Source: Tubulanus polymorphus
Taxonomy: Eukaryota > Animalia > Nemertea
Length of the DNA: 64,000 bases
Assembly: GCF_964204645.1 (NCBI RefSeq)
Contig: NC_134029.1
Coordinates: 7,068,001-7,132,000, forward strand
Direction of reading: 5' to 3'
Positions 39,502 through 53,646 of this stretch are shown here, piece by piece. A program made the translations under genes and the position numbers. The stretch's first letter is position 1. Every line of letters begins with the position of its first letter. The notes beneath the pieces were generated by a model. That model was not told the DNA's origin. It saw only the letters and a program-made list of their open reading frames with translations, and ran no database searches.

Positions 39502-39936
39502 GATTACCGGAGTATGCGTGATCGAAAGATAAAAGCGTCGCAGACGAGTGTATGAATCTTTTTCCTCGGAAGCTTTCGACTTGTCTTTTAGCATTTGAGG
39601 TACGCATTACTGCCATTTTGCCTGATAATCACAAGGAGGAAAGTAAGAATATTATCGAAATGCTTCGAAATTATACATATAAAGAATATTATCGATGATA
39701 TTCTTAGTTTTCATGTACACATGTCTAATCAAAATTTCGAAGCATTTCGGTAACATTCTTACTTTTTTCTTGCGATAGTCAGGGCAAAAAGGCACATTCG
39801 TTTGACTATAAACCGTAAAAGTAAACGCTTATTTTGTTGAAAGATCCTCAGGTTTGAAAAGTCGAGAGCTTAAATTCGATAAAACATAGTCGTGTATCCC
39901 GTTCAATACCATCGATCACGCTTTCTTCCTGTAAAT
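39502..39936. mobile_element. Foldback element with nested inverted arms
   Basis: Inner arms 39611-39672 and ~39731-39794 pair (aaagtaagaatattatcgaaatgcttcgaaatt / aatttcgaagcatttcggtaacattcttacttt). Outer arms aagctttcgactt / aagtcgagagctt and gcgtgatcga / tcgatcacgc also pair. Confidence 0.75.
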
Positions 39937-39937
39937 G

Positions 39938-40038
39938 ATCTTAAAGTAGGGAGTTTCCCTGTTATTCGTATAGATTTCGATTGATTTGCTTTGATTAACC
40001 CACCACACCTGCCGGGCGCGAAACAGGGTGTTTGATTT
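39938..40038 (+). repeat. Dispersed ~110-bp repeat family, copy 3
   Basis: gatcttaaagtaggg...cacctgccgggcgcgaaacagggtgtttgattt aligns with the other two copies. Confidence 0.65.
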
Positions 40039-43000
40039 AGAAATCGGAAATCGAAGTACAGATATCATATAGTTTGGTGTGTGATCGGCGGTCGAGTTTT
40101 ATATAATTTTAATCAAAGTACACGATTGGAAATTTCGGTTTCGGTTCTTGTAATCGTCCAACTAGTCTGAACTGGCACGCGACTGATTGGGGTTAACATT
40201 GTTAGCTGCCTAATTTAATGCATCGAGATTTGGAAATACGTAACTATACTATCAGTGTTGAAGATCATATTGTCAATTTTTCACATTTCTTGTCTATCTT
40301 CCTGTATAAGTCTATATACACAGACTCACTATTTTGGCACATTATGATATGTAGACGATACCAAATTATCATAATTATTTCACTGTGGGTCAAAAACTTT
40401 ATATGGAATTTGTCCAAATAACCGTAGTTTGCAAGAAAATAATGCCTGTAATCGACAACACGATATTCGTATGTCACATATAATTATGTTCTTTTCTCGG
40501 GACTTCATCTGCGGATGAAATCGGAGCCGAACAAGTTTTTAAGAACATTCCAGCTCAGTCGGAGACGGAAAATGTTTTTCTATTAGAGCTATTTATTAAG
40601 TCTGTAGACGTAATTCAATTTGTACAACACATGGAAACGTCTCGCTCGTAACTGCTTTTTCGTAACTTTATTCTGGCGAGAGAGACGTCGCGTTTCTTGT
40701 TTTTACGTTAATGTTCTATAAGGACGCAAGATATTATGGAAAACTAAACGCTTGCATAAACTACACGGTGGATAAAAGCCGATACGTCTTCCAATTAACA
40801 ACATTTCTGGCAACGAAAATCTACCAAAGACACTAAAATACTGAACAGTGCCTCGTCGTTTTCTATTTTGTTGCACGACCGTAATTTGTACTTTGGCTAA
40901 TAACTGAAAATTAAGGTTTTGTTGTTATTCGATTTTAACTATAGTAGTTACTGATTTTCTCACCATACATCTCGATACACATATTCATATTGTTGTGTTT
41001 ACGTTGAACCCGATCGGCAGCAGTTTCACGTTACCTTTCCTCGAGTGGCCCATATTCAACGCATCTTCTTTTACCGCGATTGCATCGTCTTTTGTGTTTT
41101 TATCATTTAAATTATTGCGCTCGGACGGTTTTAGAGTTTAGTAAACTCTCCCTCAAGATCGTAAAATGCGATTGAATAGCGGCGGGTCGTCGATGAAATT
41201 ATTGTGTTTATCTTGAAAGGAGAAAGTAACGCGATAGTAAATTAGACGGCAGGTGGGGTTATTCAAGGAGCATTTACCTGAAAATGTAATTGCTTCGGAG
41301 GTTGTTAACTACGAGAGACGATTTGAATATCTACTTCGATCAATCGAGAGATCTGTACTGACGACGCATATTTCATTGAACCTAAAGAGCAGTAGTACAT
41401 CATTGCCTTCGTGTCAGAAATCGGCTATAGATTTTGCCATTAGCTGTTATTTAGTCTGCTAGACGCTGTTACTCTGCGTTGCCTATACGGATCGAATCCT
41501 AGATATAATTCGGCTACTAGTCTATGATCATAAGTTCGTGGTTCTAGAAAGTGACTGCTGCTGCAGCTGAGAGCGAGATGAGAGAGAGAGAGCGAGCGAG
41601 AGATCCATAATGAGAGAGAATTCACGCGAGATTGTTTTCCCTCGGTTGACGTAGGTGCGGCCGGTATTCTGTCTCGTGTGAGGATGTAATTCGAAGATTC
41701 AACAAGTTTGACATCTTTCGCCTCGCGAGAATCGTTGCTTGGCAAGCAGATCGCGTATGCGGTTGACTTAAACGAAGTTTCATTTTCAACAGTCATCTAT
41801 CTCATCGCGGCGGTTTATTTATCTAATGTAGCGTCGAATTTGATCAATCTCGACAGCGAATGTGACTTTTGGAGTCTTCTCAGTTGTATAGGGATTAGAC
41901 CCCGCTTGTACAATTCCAGGTTGTACAAACCTTGCCCACACCGATGATAAAAAGTCCAATATATAAAGATTATACAATAAAACAAATTCAAACGTATTCT
42001 AAACCATTCTAAATTGCATTCTTCGCAAAAGATCTTCTTGGAATTAAAATCAAGGTACTATTGTCCATTTTTTAAATCTGGGGTGGTCAGTGCTATGTAC
42101 AACAGGACAGATATTTGAACAAATACGAATTGTATAATCGTAATGGACTGATTTTTATACGTTTTCCCTTATGGGAATTAAATCTCATCGTAAATCAAAC
42201 TACGTACGTGTTTCGTTCAGTTTATCAATCCGCGATTTCTGACAGTTCTTCTCAGGCGCAGACGACAACCGAGCTAATTATACCTGCAGCGAGAGAGATC
42301 CGACGTTCATTAAAGGATAAAAAGAGATTCGGCAATTTTCCCTGCATGCTTTTCAACGACTCGTCGTAGCAGGTTTATAACCTATTTACCTGTAGCTTAG
42401 TGTCTGATAATAATTGTGATGAATGATTTTCAGTACAGGTCATCTGGGTCCTTATATTATGATTATACGTAATAATTCATTGTTCCCGCATAAGTTGTAT
42501 AACCTCACATTAGGGCGTCGCGTCAAACCTAACTGAATGATGGGTTTTGTCTAAACGCTATAAAAATCGGTAATCTTTTCAAAAAGGTTTTTTGCCGTCG
42601 TTCAAGCGAGCTGCGGATTTTCGGCGTTAACAAACCTGCCGTTCGGGGAATAATCAATTTTCATCAGTACAGAAATTCGCAGAAATCCAATAGCAATCCC
42701 TTTGATTTATCAGTCAGTGTTGTGTAACACGACCTCCGAGGTATCTGGAATTTCATTCGGATTAAGTTCGATTCTCGTCTCGTGCGGTTCGCTGAGGAAT
42801 CACTTGTAGAGGCTCGAACTTTTTTTTAATTTAAGCCGTTTTACGAAACCAAAGGCAACCATGATTCGCACCTGAGTGTAAAAAGCGAGTGGCTTCATTA
42901 TGGGAAAATTGCGTTTGTTAATTTTACATCAAAGTCGCCGAAGGAAAGCCACGTTGCGTTGACTGGCTGGGGAGATTTCCATCATCAACTGAATTAAGCT

Positions 43001-46000
43001 GTCTGTTATTTTGCTTGTTCAATACGATACCTACAACCCATAGCAGACACCTATGCATGCGTAATCCCCATTTCATGAAATTTGGATACGGACGTTTCAT
43101 CTTTTTTTTGTAAATAAAGTTCCTACGTGCATTAGCACATGTTGCAACTGATCTTTGATTGTCTAGAGCACTTAGAAAATTGAAATATTGTGTACAATGC
43201 GCCTTGCAGAGCAATGTACGCAGTTACATGGCTAAACCGCACACTTTTCTTTATTTATTAAATTTTTATTAAATCTATTTTTATCTTTTTTGAAAATTTT
43301 TTAGCATCTAGTCGCTAGCAATAAATGTGGATTATAGGCTAACCCAAGGGCCCTGCATGCAAGGTAATTTTCAGGCAGCACGTAGGCTCACAAATTCCGA
43401 AACACTAATCTATAAGCTATCTTATCACATGGAAAACAAGTCTCTTCGATTGTGAAACAGCACAGTGAGACGGTAAAGAAACTTTGAGGGTTATTCTTTT
43501 CATTCGCAATGATTTCTTTTGTCGGAGAATATGTAACATATTTCAGTCCATACGACAGCTTGAGTGCCAACAAAATAAACGGAAATCCTTTTGAATTACT
43601 GTCGTATAGAACAGAATAAAAATCACCTCAATAGCGATATACATGTGTAGTTATTAATGGCATGAATGCGAATAAATTCTATTTTGATCAAGGTTGTCAG
43701 CGTTTCGACAGAATATAATCCGCGTATGGAAGTGAATTTGAGGTAAAGTTCACCGATATCCATGTAAAAATGCTTTCAATCAACTCTACACGAATTCGCG
43801 CTAATTCCATTTGACAAGATCGGCTTTCATATGATAATATTTCATTTGATATTTTTGATTTACATCACCACTGATATTAAACAATTTCACTTTCACTCGA
43901 GTCTATACGGCTATCTTTCAATTTAAACATGTTTTGATGTCGTTGTCAAAACATGTCACTAATTAATCAAATTTATGCGGCTTTAAATTCACCATGGGCA
44001 TTAATCAGATATTACGAGGCCTTTTCTGATTAAAAACAATGTTTTATTATCTTCGGGCCGGAATTATGAAAGAATCAGAGATAATTCGGATCGTTCAGAT
44101 CGTTCAAATGGTCTTCATTTGTTAGGTATTTCGATGAAATACCTTGCGTGTGGGCCAGAATGCTCTTGACATTTGGAGCCCTAACAGGTCAGAAAGTTAT
44201 TCCGATACCCATGACCCAGTTCCACGTTTGGTTGAGTTGTTTAGATTGAGTAATAAAAACAACTATAAGCCAGTGACGTACATCCTTCATTTTCCTATTA
44301 CTTAGACATCAGGAAAAAAGGACATTAGTCGAGCTTCCGCAAAGGCGAGACCCTGGAGTGCCGTAGGCGCTAGAATCTTCCTAGAAAGGATGGCCATTCC
44401 CTCGTAAAATTTTAAAGATCAGAGGCATCCACATGCAATGTATTCTAAACTCAGGATTGGCACTAAATGCCTATTACAGGATTTTGGACCATTATTCCAC
44501 AAAATAGATACATTTTTGGACTTTTTAAAAGATTCATGTTTTTCATTACTAATTGTCGGACCTGATGGCTACTTCGATTACTACCAAAAGTGTTGGATTT
44601 GCCTGTGTACGAACTGGACTGAATGAATGAACCGCGGTTATTCATCCTGCGTGTGACGTGTACGCACTCACGTCTTTACTGCGATTGTGCCAAATGTGAC
44701 GTATACGAAGCCTCTGATTATTACGGGAATATATCCTGGGGTGCGTATTTTCCGAACTCTGCATTGTGTTTTGCGTCAAGAATGCCATTAATTACTCGGC
44801 AACACAAACCGCCTGCAATATAAGAGCTATAAGGTTTCCGCGCCTTTTAAAGGCTGTAATTCATTCATTCGTTGCGCTCTGAGGGAAATACGATGTTTTT
44901 AGAGCGAATATAGCCGGCAAGTTCTCGCTATTGTTTGCTGAATAATTTCCGTCACAGATACGTCGCTTCAACTCCTGTTTTGTTCTATGTCAGCGTTAAG
45001 CCTAATTTTTTTCCAATCCCGAAGTTTTCAGAATTTCAAAAATCCGATATACGCCTTATCGTATCAATGTTTGCCAAAAGATTTCAAAACATTTTCTCTC
45101 AAAGATGGAGAATTGCCAACGGATAATCCCCCCCGTGACCATCATTCTAGGTACCGATTACGTCAAGAGCTACCGTGTCAGATTTTTTTTCAAGCGGACG
45201 AGCAACATTCCAGGAGAATGTTCAATACGATTCAAGGAAGATAACGGAAAGATTTCAGATTACATTTTGCGATAATATTTCTAGACCTATGAGCACTCAC
45301 GTGAGCCGAAATGATCGATCGGCTGCGGGCGATCATCCAATATCAACGAAATGCAAAACGTATTTACTACTGATTTATTGCAACGAAAAAGAAAATCAAC
45401 GTTGGTCGCCTTTTCGCTCGAGAACCCGTTTCACCTGTCTATGATCCGATGACCAATCTATCAATTGGAAAGAAAATCATAACCCTCCAGAAGCGAATTG
45501 AATATGAATTGCTCGGTCCTCATTCGTATTCATTTTTTGTGCTAGAACGCGTCATCCACTTCGGTTAATCAGAAATTACGAAATCGGACGAGAAAAAGGT
45601 TTTTATTTCGGTTTTTTTTGCCTCTATGCATCAGTGTGCTAAACAACGTTACCTTAACACAAAATACACTCAGAATGCAACAGAGCTAACTGTAAATATG
45701 GGGAAAGTCTAGAAAACCCAGAAAATGGCGCCTGAAATCCTAGCTTCTGCAAATGCGAGTTAGGTACGCGCGGGATTTCCGCACAATTTACACTACATTG
45801 CTAGTTGATAAATGAGCGAAATTCGATGCCGGTTTTAACCGAAACCTTTGTCCACTGTCGATAAATTTGATGTATTGCATCGTATGTTCTGATCGAATCG
45901 GAAAATAGCGTCAAAAACTTTGATAAATAGGCCCCGTATTCATTTTGAAAACAGGCGGATTATAGTCTGATCAATCGGAACAAATTGACGAACCAGAATT

Positions 46001-49000
46001 CAACCCAGATATCTCCGATCCTCGATTGAGATATCTGTAGCGTAGATTCTCAAAAATAGCGTATAAAGATGAAGAGTCGAAGAGGATTCTTATTCAAACT
46101 CCTTACAGGAAAATGTTTGTGTAATCCTGCAAGCGATTCATTGCTTCATAGTTTGAGTTTCCCGCACAGCTAAACGGGATCGCACAATAGCCGGTTGCGC
46201 TTCGAGCCCTCTACAATTTTCTCCATACCGAATATAGTTCCGGGGGCAATAGTATGCCTTAAAGATGTTCATCTCCTGTCAACGGGAGAATGGAAGTGTA
46301 TAAATGACAATGTATGCTAGTTGCAAGACGGCATATTAAGTTGTCCCCACGAATCAAGGTTTGTTGTAAGTATTCTGTTTGGTATATATACGTATATCAC
46401 TGCTAAGAGCGGTATGTACATCCATATGATCCTTAATGGTTACTGCTTCACCTGTGTCGTTTAGATATCTACCGCATATCTAGCCAGGCTGTCTCGTGAC
46501 AATCGTTAAAGTGGCAATCTTCATCGATACACGTGGAGCATCCAGATTACCGTGTTCCGAAAGATTACTGCCAGTGATGCAATGATATCCCATTAGATCA
46601 ACATTTGTACAGTTCATTAGCGACACCGAGAGCCATACACGCAAACGCCTCCGGTGACCTGATATTTGAACGAAGTGAAGAGGCGACTTTTTAAAGTTGC
46701 CATAGCTTTGTACCAGCATAAAATGAATGGCATTAATGATATGTGGAAGGGATTCAATAGTAGGATCGGGCCGTTCAAGGGCAGCGAGATATATGTATAT
46801 ATAAAACCCGTGAAGATAATCGTATTTTCAAATCCAAAGCTGGTAAGTGGGAGAATTTCAAAACTGACACTATTCACCACTTTATGGTTATACCCTCCGA
46901 GTAAAAATAGACTTAGAATACGTAAAAAATCCCGCAATTAAGATAAATACAAAAGGCGATCATCAGGCATACTCAAGGTATGATCATGGCAGAATAATAC
47001 CGAAACGTTTCTCGATGATATGTATTCATTTACGGCAGAACCTTTCGTTTTTTCCGGAATTTGTCAGTGGGAGTTTTACGTATACATCTTGCACGGGAAT
47101 CTTCCTGACCTATATAGGCTTAAAATCGCAAGACGGGCCGTCATGTTGATAGATTTATAAAGTTCATCAGCGACGCCAAGATTATCGCGGGACCTCTTTT
47201 ACTTCGGCAAGCGGATGGACATGCCGGCCAATCCGGACGCCGTCACGGCAAGCAAAGGACGTACCAGGAATAGATGTAGACATTAGTGATAGTCTATCCA
47301 TTCCAAAACGTTCTAATAAAAAAAAAAGTATATGATTCTACACATGCGACGATAGAATATTGTACTTTGCAGGGGTTTTCCAACGATGAAAATCAATACA
47401 AAAGAACGAATTGCTTTCGAAGCCATTTTTATTTTGAGTAACAGAGATCATCAAAATTGCAATCGCCGAAACGGGCTATTATTTCGTATATCGAAGAACG
47501 TCAATCAAAATCTTATATCGATGATTGACGATTGACAGTCATCATCTTTCGACTGTTTCGTGCCGAACTCAAGTGTAATTCCACGCAGCAATCCATTTCA
47601 TTAATTCCCCTCGAATCCATTTTATTAATTCACGGGCACCGAACGTCTCTCGAAAAACGCGCAGAAGCCAACAGCCGCTTCAGGTTATTGTGTTAATCGT
47701 GATTAATTGATTCAAAATGATTGATTGACTTCGGTTTTCCTTTAACCTCTAAATGTTTCACGCTCAGTGATTCGCTGATATTTGTTTTTAACGCGTTCAT
47801 CCTAAAGGTGAAATGCATTAATTCCGACTTTCGATATCGAATACTCTCGCGGGAACCTATAACCAAAGAGATTTGGATTCGTTTTGTGGGATCGTTGTGC
47901 TTGCGCTTATAATTCATTCATTGGGACTAACAGAGTTAATTCAGGTCTTGAACGCTGAACACCTGACGTGAATTTTTGAGGTTACCGCTGGAACGACCTT
48001 CTAATCAGACAAAACAACAAGAATTGTCTATACTCGGTATCTTCAGTTAATTAAGGCGAGTTACATGATTGGTTTTGCAGTTTCCGAGAAGTAGATATTC
48101 TTCAATTCTATACAGCAGTCTGACAAAACGTCAAATTCCAGCGATAAGCAACAAGACGGCAATATCAAGTGCATTGTTTTTCGATTCTTTTTATAAAAAG
48201 ACTCTCTTTATCTACCCTTCAAAGAGTTTTCGACTTCGTCTGTCTAATGGGGATATTCTCGAAAAGTCGATCTTGCAAACATGAAACCATTATGTAAAGC
48301 ATCTACTCTCGGTGATACACGTGTAATAGGATTTGATTTTTCAATTCTTTCCAACAGGACAAAGACGGCCGCTCCTGTACTGATGATCAAGTCTGATGGA
48401 TGATCTATTCAGGGGGTGTCGTAAATAGAGACGAGATTTCCTCCGAAATTTACTCCTTTTGTTTACTTTACGTCCGTTATGTGCAAAATAGCAAATAACA
48501 CCAAACATACCCACAAAAGAAATAGAGGAAATAGAAAATAAGAGCGAAAAAATAAGGCTTCAAAATGACTGATCATAGCTGCACTCGTGAGAGCTTTACC
48601 TAAATCCACCACGGAGGGTCGGTGAACGCCACGAACATCGAAATATTGCAAACCATCTAAACTTTAAATCATAAGCGTGAAAAACATACGCACACGAGAA
48701 CAGATATCAAATATCTGTTGAAAAGACTGTAACTAGATATCAACAAAAATACCTATAGGAAATGAAATGAGAGTAATAAGAAGTACCGAGAAAGATAAAA
48801 TAACACATAATTTTTGTAATATACAAAAGCAGATATAATCTTCAACACGGGATATTAATGGGGCTTCGTGCAACATCTTTTCATACAAAGAACCCTTCCT
48901 AGAGCACAAGCAGCAGGTAGCTTTTTCGTGCAGATGACTCGAGTCTACTCTTCCAGATCAAAGAGTACAGTCAGTAAATGTTGTAATTTAAAAATATGAA

Positions 49001-49327
49001 CAAATTCTACGACGAATTTTCTAAAGCTTCCCGGATCGTGCCGTAAATCTAACAGTACCGCAATACTGCGGGATAGCCATCAACTTTTTAGGCCCAATTA
49101 AATTAGACCGCAGTTTGGTTGCAGTTCAGAACCGTCATTGCTATGATGTTTATTCGCGAAATTGATTGAAACTCACGCGAAGATGACTCGAATGCTAATA
49201 TATCTACTGTATAACCGTTACGTACATTGTATTTTCTAGTTATATCATTTCTTCGACAACATTCCTGATAACATTTTTTCTGTTCCGTTCTTAAAATCTT
49301 AAGAGTAATGTGGAACAGGCGGTTTTT

Positions 49328-49713
49328 AGGCCATTCAAAAATGAAACCGTGTTTCTCATCACCGCGTGCGCGCGTCGGAAAATCAGTGACGAAAATCGTG
49401 GAAAAATGAAATGAGCGCTCCCGCGTCTAGAGTAATTATGTAAGTTAGTTTATGTGAAAAATAAAATACGCCCGCCTGCATCAATAAATCTGTGTTCGTA
49501 TTATCCTTTCTCCTTTTTTGTGCTCGGAAATGGATGGAAATGTTATGAAATGTGCTTTGTCGGCAATGAATCAGGTGATTTCGGTAACGACAATCCAAAA
49601 GCACAAACTTGATTTCAAGGTTTTCTAAACTACGTAAAAATAAACAGCTGCCTCCCTAGTGACTTTTGAGAAACCAGTGTGATGAGAAATACGGCATCAA
49701 TTTTAAATGGCCT
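49328..49713. mobile_element. MITE with 35-bp TIRs (Harbinger/Tourist-like)
   Basis: aggccattcaaaaatgaaaccgtgtttctcatcac pairs with gtgatgagaaatacggcatcaattttaaatggcct. Confidence 0.85.
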
Positions 49714-50985
49714 GTGGGAATCCAACCGCTAGTGTGTATGTAGTCTGATTCAAGTCACAACCGACGCCGAAATCAAAAGATAATTGGAATACATACAAAA
49801 ATATAATAAACCGAAAAATCATTTGATCATGTAGTGAGATAATATAGATTCCAATGAAGTAGAATCACGGGGACCACTTTTACTCTTCTTACCAGGAGTT
49901 ACCGTAATAGAAACCGGTTCAACCATTCCCTAGTAGCGACGCTTTGATTGGTCGATTATTTGAAATAGTTCGTATCTGAGCCAATAACAGATCGTTTCAC
50001 CTGAGATCTCTTACAGATACTTAGTTCCTGCCCCAAAAAGATCGCGCGCTTTGTCGAGGATTTCCGAAGTTGGAGATTTTGCACTTCACGTACATCAACG
50101 TACATGTAATCAATTTCGTGCGGATATTTGGAATTTAGTTGTGTTTACCTGATATTATTCGACAATTATCTCTTATATACCGACAATGACTTCGATTAAT
50201 TACCCGTGTTGTCTTACGATACGGAAACTAATAAACGTTTGGTTCGTGGCGTTTAATTTTATTCGACGTGGCATCTCGCTATCTGTTCGGTTGTTGTCGC
50301 TACATTAGGGGACATAAAATACGATATACGCAAAGTTAATATTATGGAATCATGTCAAATTTACGAAGCATAGAAACAATAACAATAAATTATACGAATG
50401 TGCGTTCGGTTCCCAGACTATCGCTAGAGAATCTGTCCGGTATATTATTGCTGGAGTGTTTATTCTTTCCATCAAAGCAAATAGAACATAATGACGTTAA
50501 GAATTTTTTCTACGGGGTTTTTAAGTGTCGGGCGCAATTACGCCATATACGGCAGAATTCGACCGAACATATAGGGATATTGCGTGATCGTCCATTTGGA
50601 ATAAATTGGCGCGCACGAAGAATTATTCGAACCACGAAAAAAATAACAATTGGTAACGTCGCATTCTATTAGCGAGTGCGTCTATTAGTGTTTTCAGTGT
50701 TGGCGAAGATAGACAAATTCGAGAACTTAATAATGAGTTACATGTATGTTCTAGTAATGGAAATACTCGAACGTGATCAAGCACTGCGATGTTTCAGACA
50801 TTTCAGACGTTTTTTTCTGCTTTTTTGTAAAGATTTAACAAGCAAAATGACTAACTAATGCTATACAAATTGTTGTTAACTATTCGACTTTGGCGACAAA
50901 TCTGACATTGCTAGACTACAAAGCTACTACACAAAAAAAACGTGTCATTTGCGTTAACGAGAAACATGGTTTCGGGGGAAACAAT

Positions 50986-51107
50986 AGCCGTGATCACACG
51001 GAGACGATTTGGCCCGGATCAGGCCCGAGTCAAATTTAGTCCATGCCTAATTAGAGAACGCGTTCACACGTAAACCACTCACTCGATACTAAGAAATTTA
51101 AAAAAAA

Positions 51108-51204
<97 letters not shown>

Positions 51205-51489
51205 ATATTTTAAAGGTTTGTTCAGGTACAAAGTACATAGCAACACCATAGTAATAATTGTTAACAAGAAAAGGGTCAAATCATGTACTAAGCATGTCAT
51301 GATACTAAGCAATGCTTAAACGAAGCGAAGTGCCCCACTTCCGGAACCAGTTGCAATTCACACGCAATAATTTGACCCGTGCTCACATTTGGTCGTACCA
51401 AGTTTGACCCGGGCCCATCTGGCACCCGTGTGAACAGTTGTTCCCGACCAAATTTGGCACCGACCAAAAACGTTCGTGTGATCGCGGCT
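50986..51489. mobile_element. Harbinger-like MITE with AAT TSD, carrying a nested insertion
   Basis: aat|agccgtgatcacacg...cgtgtgatcgcggct|aat. Internal repeats of aaatttggc-type motifs. A related partial copy lies at 53826-53990. Confidence 0.8.
51094..51300. repeat. Insertion containing a long (TA)n tract, flanked by a 9-bp direct repeat
   Basis: GATACTAAG at 51085-51093 and 51301-51309. (TA)n runs about 51109-51207. The sister MITE copy near 53925 shows the empty site. Confidence 0.8.
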
Positions 51490-51886
51490 AATGTGTCCGA
51501 GATTCCGTGTTTCTCTACGTCGAGTGCGTTGGGCTGATACGTGGCAAGAATTCTCAACGATCATCGTGACTCCAAAAGACTAAACGGCTAAGCGTCATTC
51601 GTTATCTCATCTGAGACGGTACAAAGATTCCTGCCTCGGGCGCCACGCACTGATAGGTATCATTATATCTGCTTGCGTATCATTGGATGATTGGATGGGA
51701 ATTTAAAAATACATTTCTACGAGAGGGGAACCGTATTATAAAACTGATACACAAAGGATAGAGTATTCCGGGGAATTGTTAATTCAGCATTTTGAAATAG
51801 TTTTCATCTTTTTTTGTAGCCGGAGATGGATCTGTAAGAAACAACAAAAGAAGAAAAAACAACAGAAAACAAATAAGAACGGAAAG

Positions 51887-53041
51887 ATGAATCAAACATC
51901 GTTGCTGAATGCTGATGATGTTAGACCCAATACTACTGATGTCGACTCGTCGTCCGTAGCTGGCGTGATTTCGACTGTCATTCCAGCGGTATTTGTCCGA
52001 TATACGTGGACGGAGTTCGCTAGCGTACACGCGCCGCTGTCGATACAAGTGGACCGTTATTTGACGCCAATCATATACATAATAGGCTTAACTGGTAATC
52101 TTTTGGCACTGATCGTATGGATGGAGAAGCGTATGAGACAAAATAATTCATCGGCGATCTACTTAGTGGCGTTAAGCTGTTCAGATTTCGTCTTCTTAGT
52201 GTTGCACATAGTAATTGAATTAAGGTACGCCTGGGGAATCCGAACACTCAGTTACCCAGTCGTCTGCGAGCTCTACTTCCTCGTCTATCTCGCGCCTCAA
52301 TATCTGTCCCCTATTCTCGTGCTCGGTTTCACCGTCGAAAGGTACATCTCGATATGCCACCCGTTCAGACGCGAGAAATTCTGCACGACGAAACGCGCCA
52401 CGAAGGTCGTAGCGGCGCTGGCGTTCGGCTCGCTACTGTTGTCGAGTGTCCAGGGTTACTTCTGGACTTACAACCCGGCGAAAAAAACTTGCGACATGCG
52501 ACCAACCGTCGCCGAAGGCGGACAAGCTTCGATAAAATCCATTTGGAATCTCGTAACCGAATTACTGATCTTTATATTCGTTCCGTTGTTCGTTCTTTTT
52601 TTCAACATCCTCGTTATTAAAGAAATCCACCACATAACGAAAACCACCCGCGCCCTCGACCCCGGCCACCACCACAAAGGAGCCGCCAGTACCATAATGC
52701 TTTTAACCGTCTCGTTTTACCTTATCATTACCGTGTTGCCGGCTACCGTTGTGTACCTATTAGAAACCACCATTTCAGAAGGTAATCATAACATGACCGA
52801 TGACCAAATACGAAACGATCCTAGCTGGCAATCGTATATATTCTACATAACTTCGCGAAAGATCGTCGAGGAATTCGCCTTGTCGCATTACGCTTGTAAC
52901 ATCTTCCTGTATTTGGCGACGGGACCGCAGTTTCGAAAAGCGGTTGTCGACAACTTCAAAAGCGTGTGGAATTCGCGTAAGTCCAGCCTGGCGACGTATT
53001 CCGAAGTGCAAACGAGACACACGAACATAACGAAGGTTTAA
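51887..53041 (+). CDS. Class A (rhodopsin-like) GPCR, FMRFamide/sex-peptide-receptor-like group, 384 aa, single coding exon
   Basis: Seven hydrophobic segments with GLTGNLL (TM1), YLVALSCSD (TM2), C...FTVERYISICHPF (TM3), FVPL (TM5), LP (TM6) and YACNIFLY (TM7). Start at ATG 51887 (MNQTS, an N-glycosylation sequon), downstream of an acceptor tttttgtag| at 51819. Confidence 0.93.
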   Translation: MNQTSLLNADDVRPNTTDVDSSSVAGVISTVIPAVFVRYTWTEFASVHAPLSIQVDRYLTPIIYIIGLTGNLLALIVWMEKRMRQNNSSAIYLVALSCSDFVFLVLHIVIELRYAWGIRTLSYPVVCELYFLVYLAPQYLSPILVLGFTVERYISICHPFRREKFCTTKRATKVVAALAFGSLLLSSVQGYFWTYNPAKKTCDMRPTVAEGGQASIKSIWNLVTELLIFIFVPLFVLFFNILVIKEIHHITKTTRALDPGHHHKGAASTIMLLTVSFYLIITVLPATVVYLLETTISEGNHNMTDDQIRNDPSWQSYIFYITSRKIVEEFALSHYACNIFLYLATGPQFRKAVVDNFKSVWNSRKSSLATYSEVQTRHTNITKV

Positions 53042-53586
53042 TCGAACCTATGCAAAATATCCGGGGTTTCAGTCAGTAGAGAAAAAAATTCATACGCCAT
53101 AATGTTATTATAAGCACACAAGAACGACTCTATGTTGAAAAATATATATTTTGTATTGTATAATACATGAACCAGTTGTATGATACAAGGCAATTTCATT
53201 TTTGATATCATTCACAAACAATTGACTGGAGGAGAATGTACATATATATATATATATATATATATCCACTTCTTAATTAACATAAAACGGTAACGTAAAT
53301 TCTATATGTATACATGTAGTACGGAGTTACATATATATGATAACAAGTCAATATATGAATATATTTACCCTTCCAGAAGATAAATGCCGTTACAGGTTTA
53401 TTTTGACAAATTCATTGTCTTGCAAAGGTAATATCAGTACTATGAGCTAAGATATGAGTAATAATATACACGAGTATGTCACGTTAATCGGAGTATAATA
53501 TTGTACCTTGGTTTTTCCTCATAGTAGGCCTCGACTGGGAATCACGAGATATATTTAAGTTTTCGTAGTTTATAGATATTATTTCT

Positions 53587-53614
53587 ACACACACGCACAC
53601 GCACACGCACACGC

Positions 53615-53646
<32 letters not shown>
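53587..53646 (+). repeat. Compound (CA)n/(CACGCA)n microsatellite
   Basis: Seen directly. Confidence 0.95.

Noticed and set aside
51776-51886. N-terminal 37 aa of the 421-aa GPCR ORF
   Set aside because: Starts at TTG and crosses a polypyrimidine tract and acceptor at 51819. The eukaryotic start is more plausibly ATG 51887.
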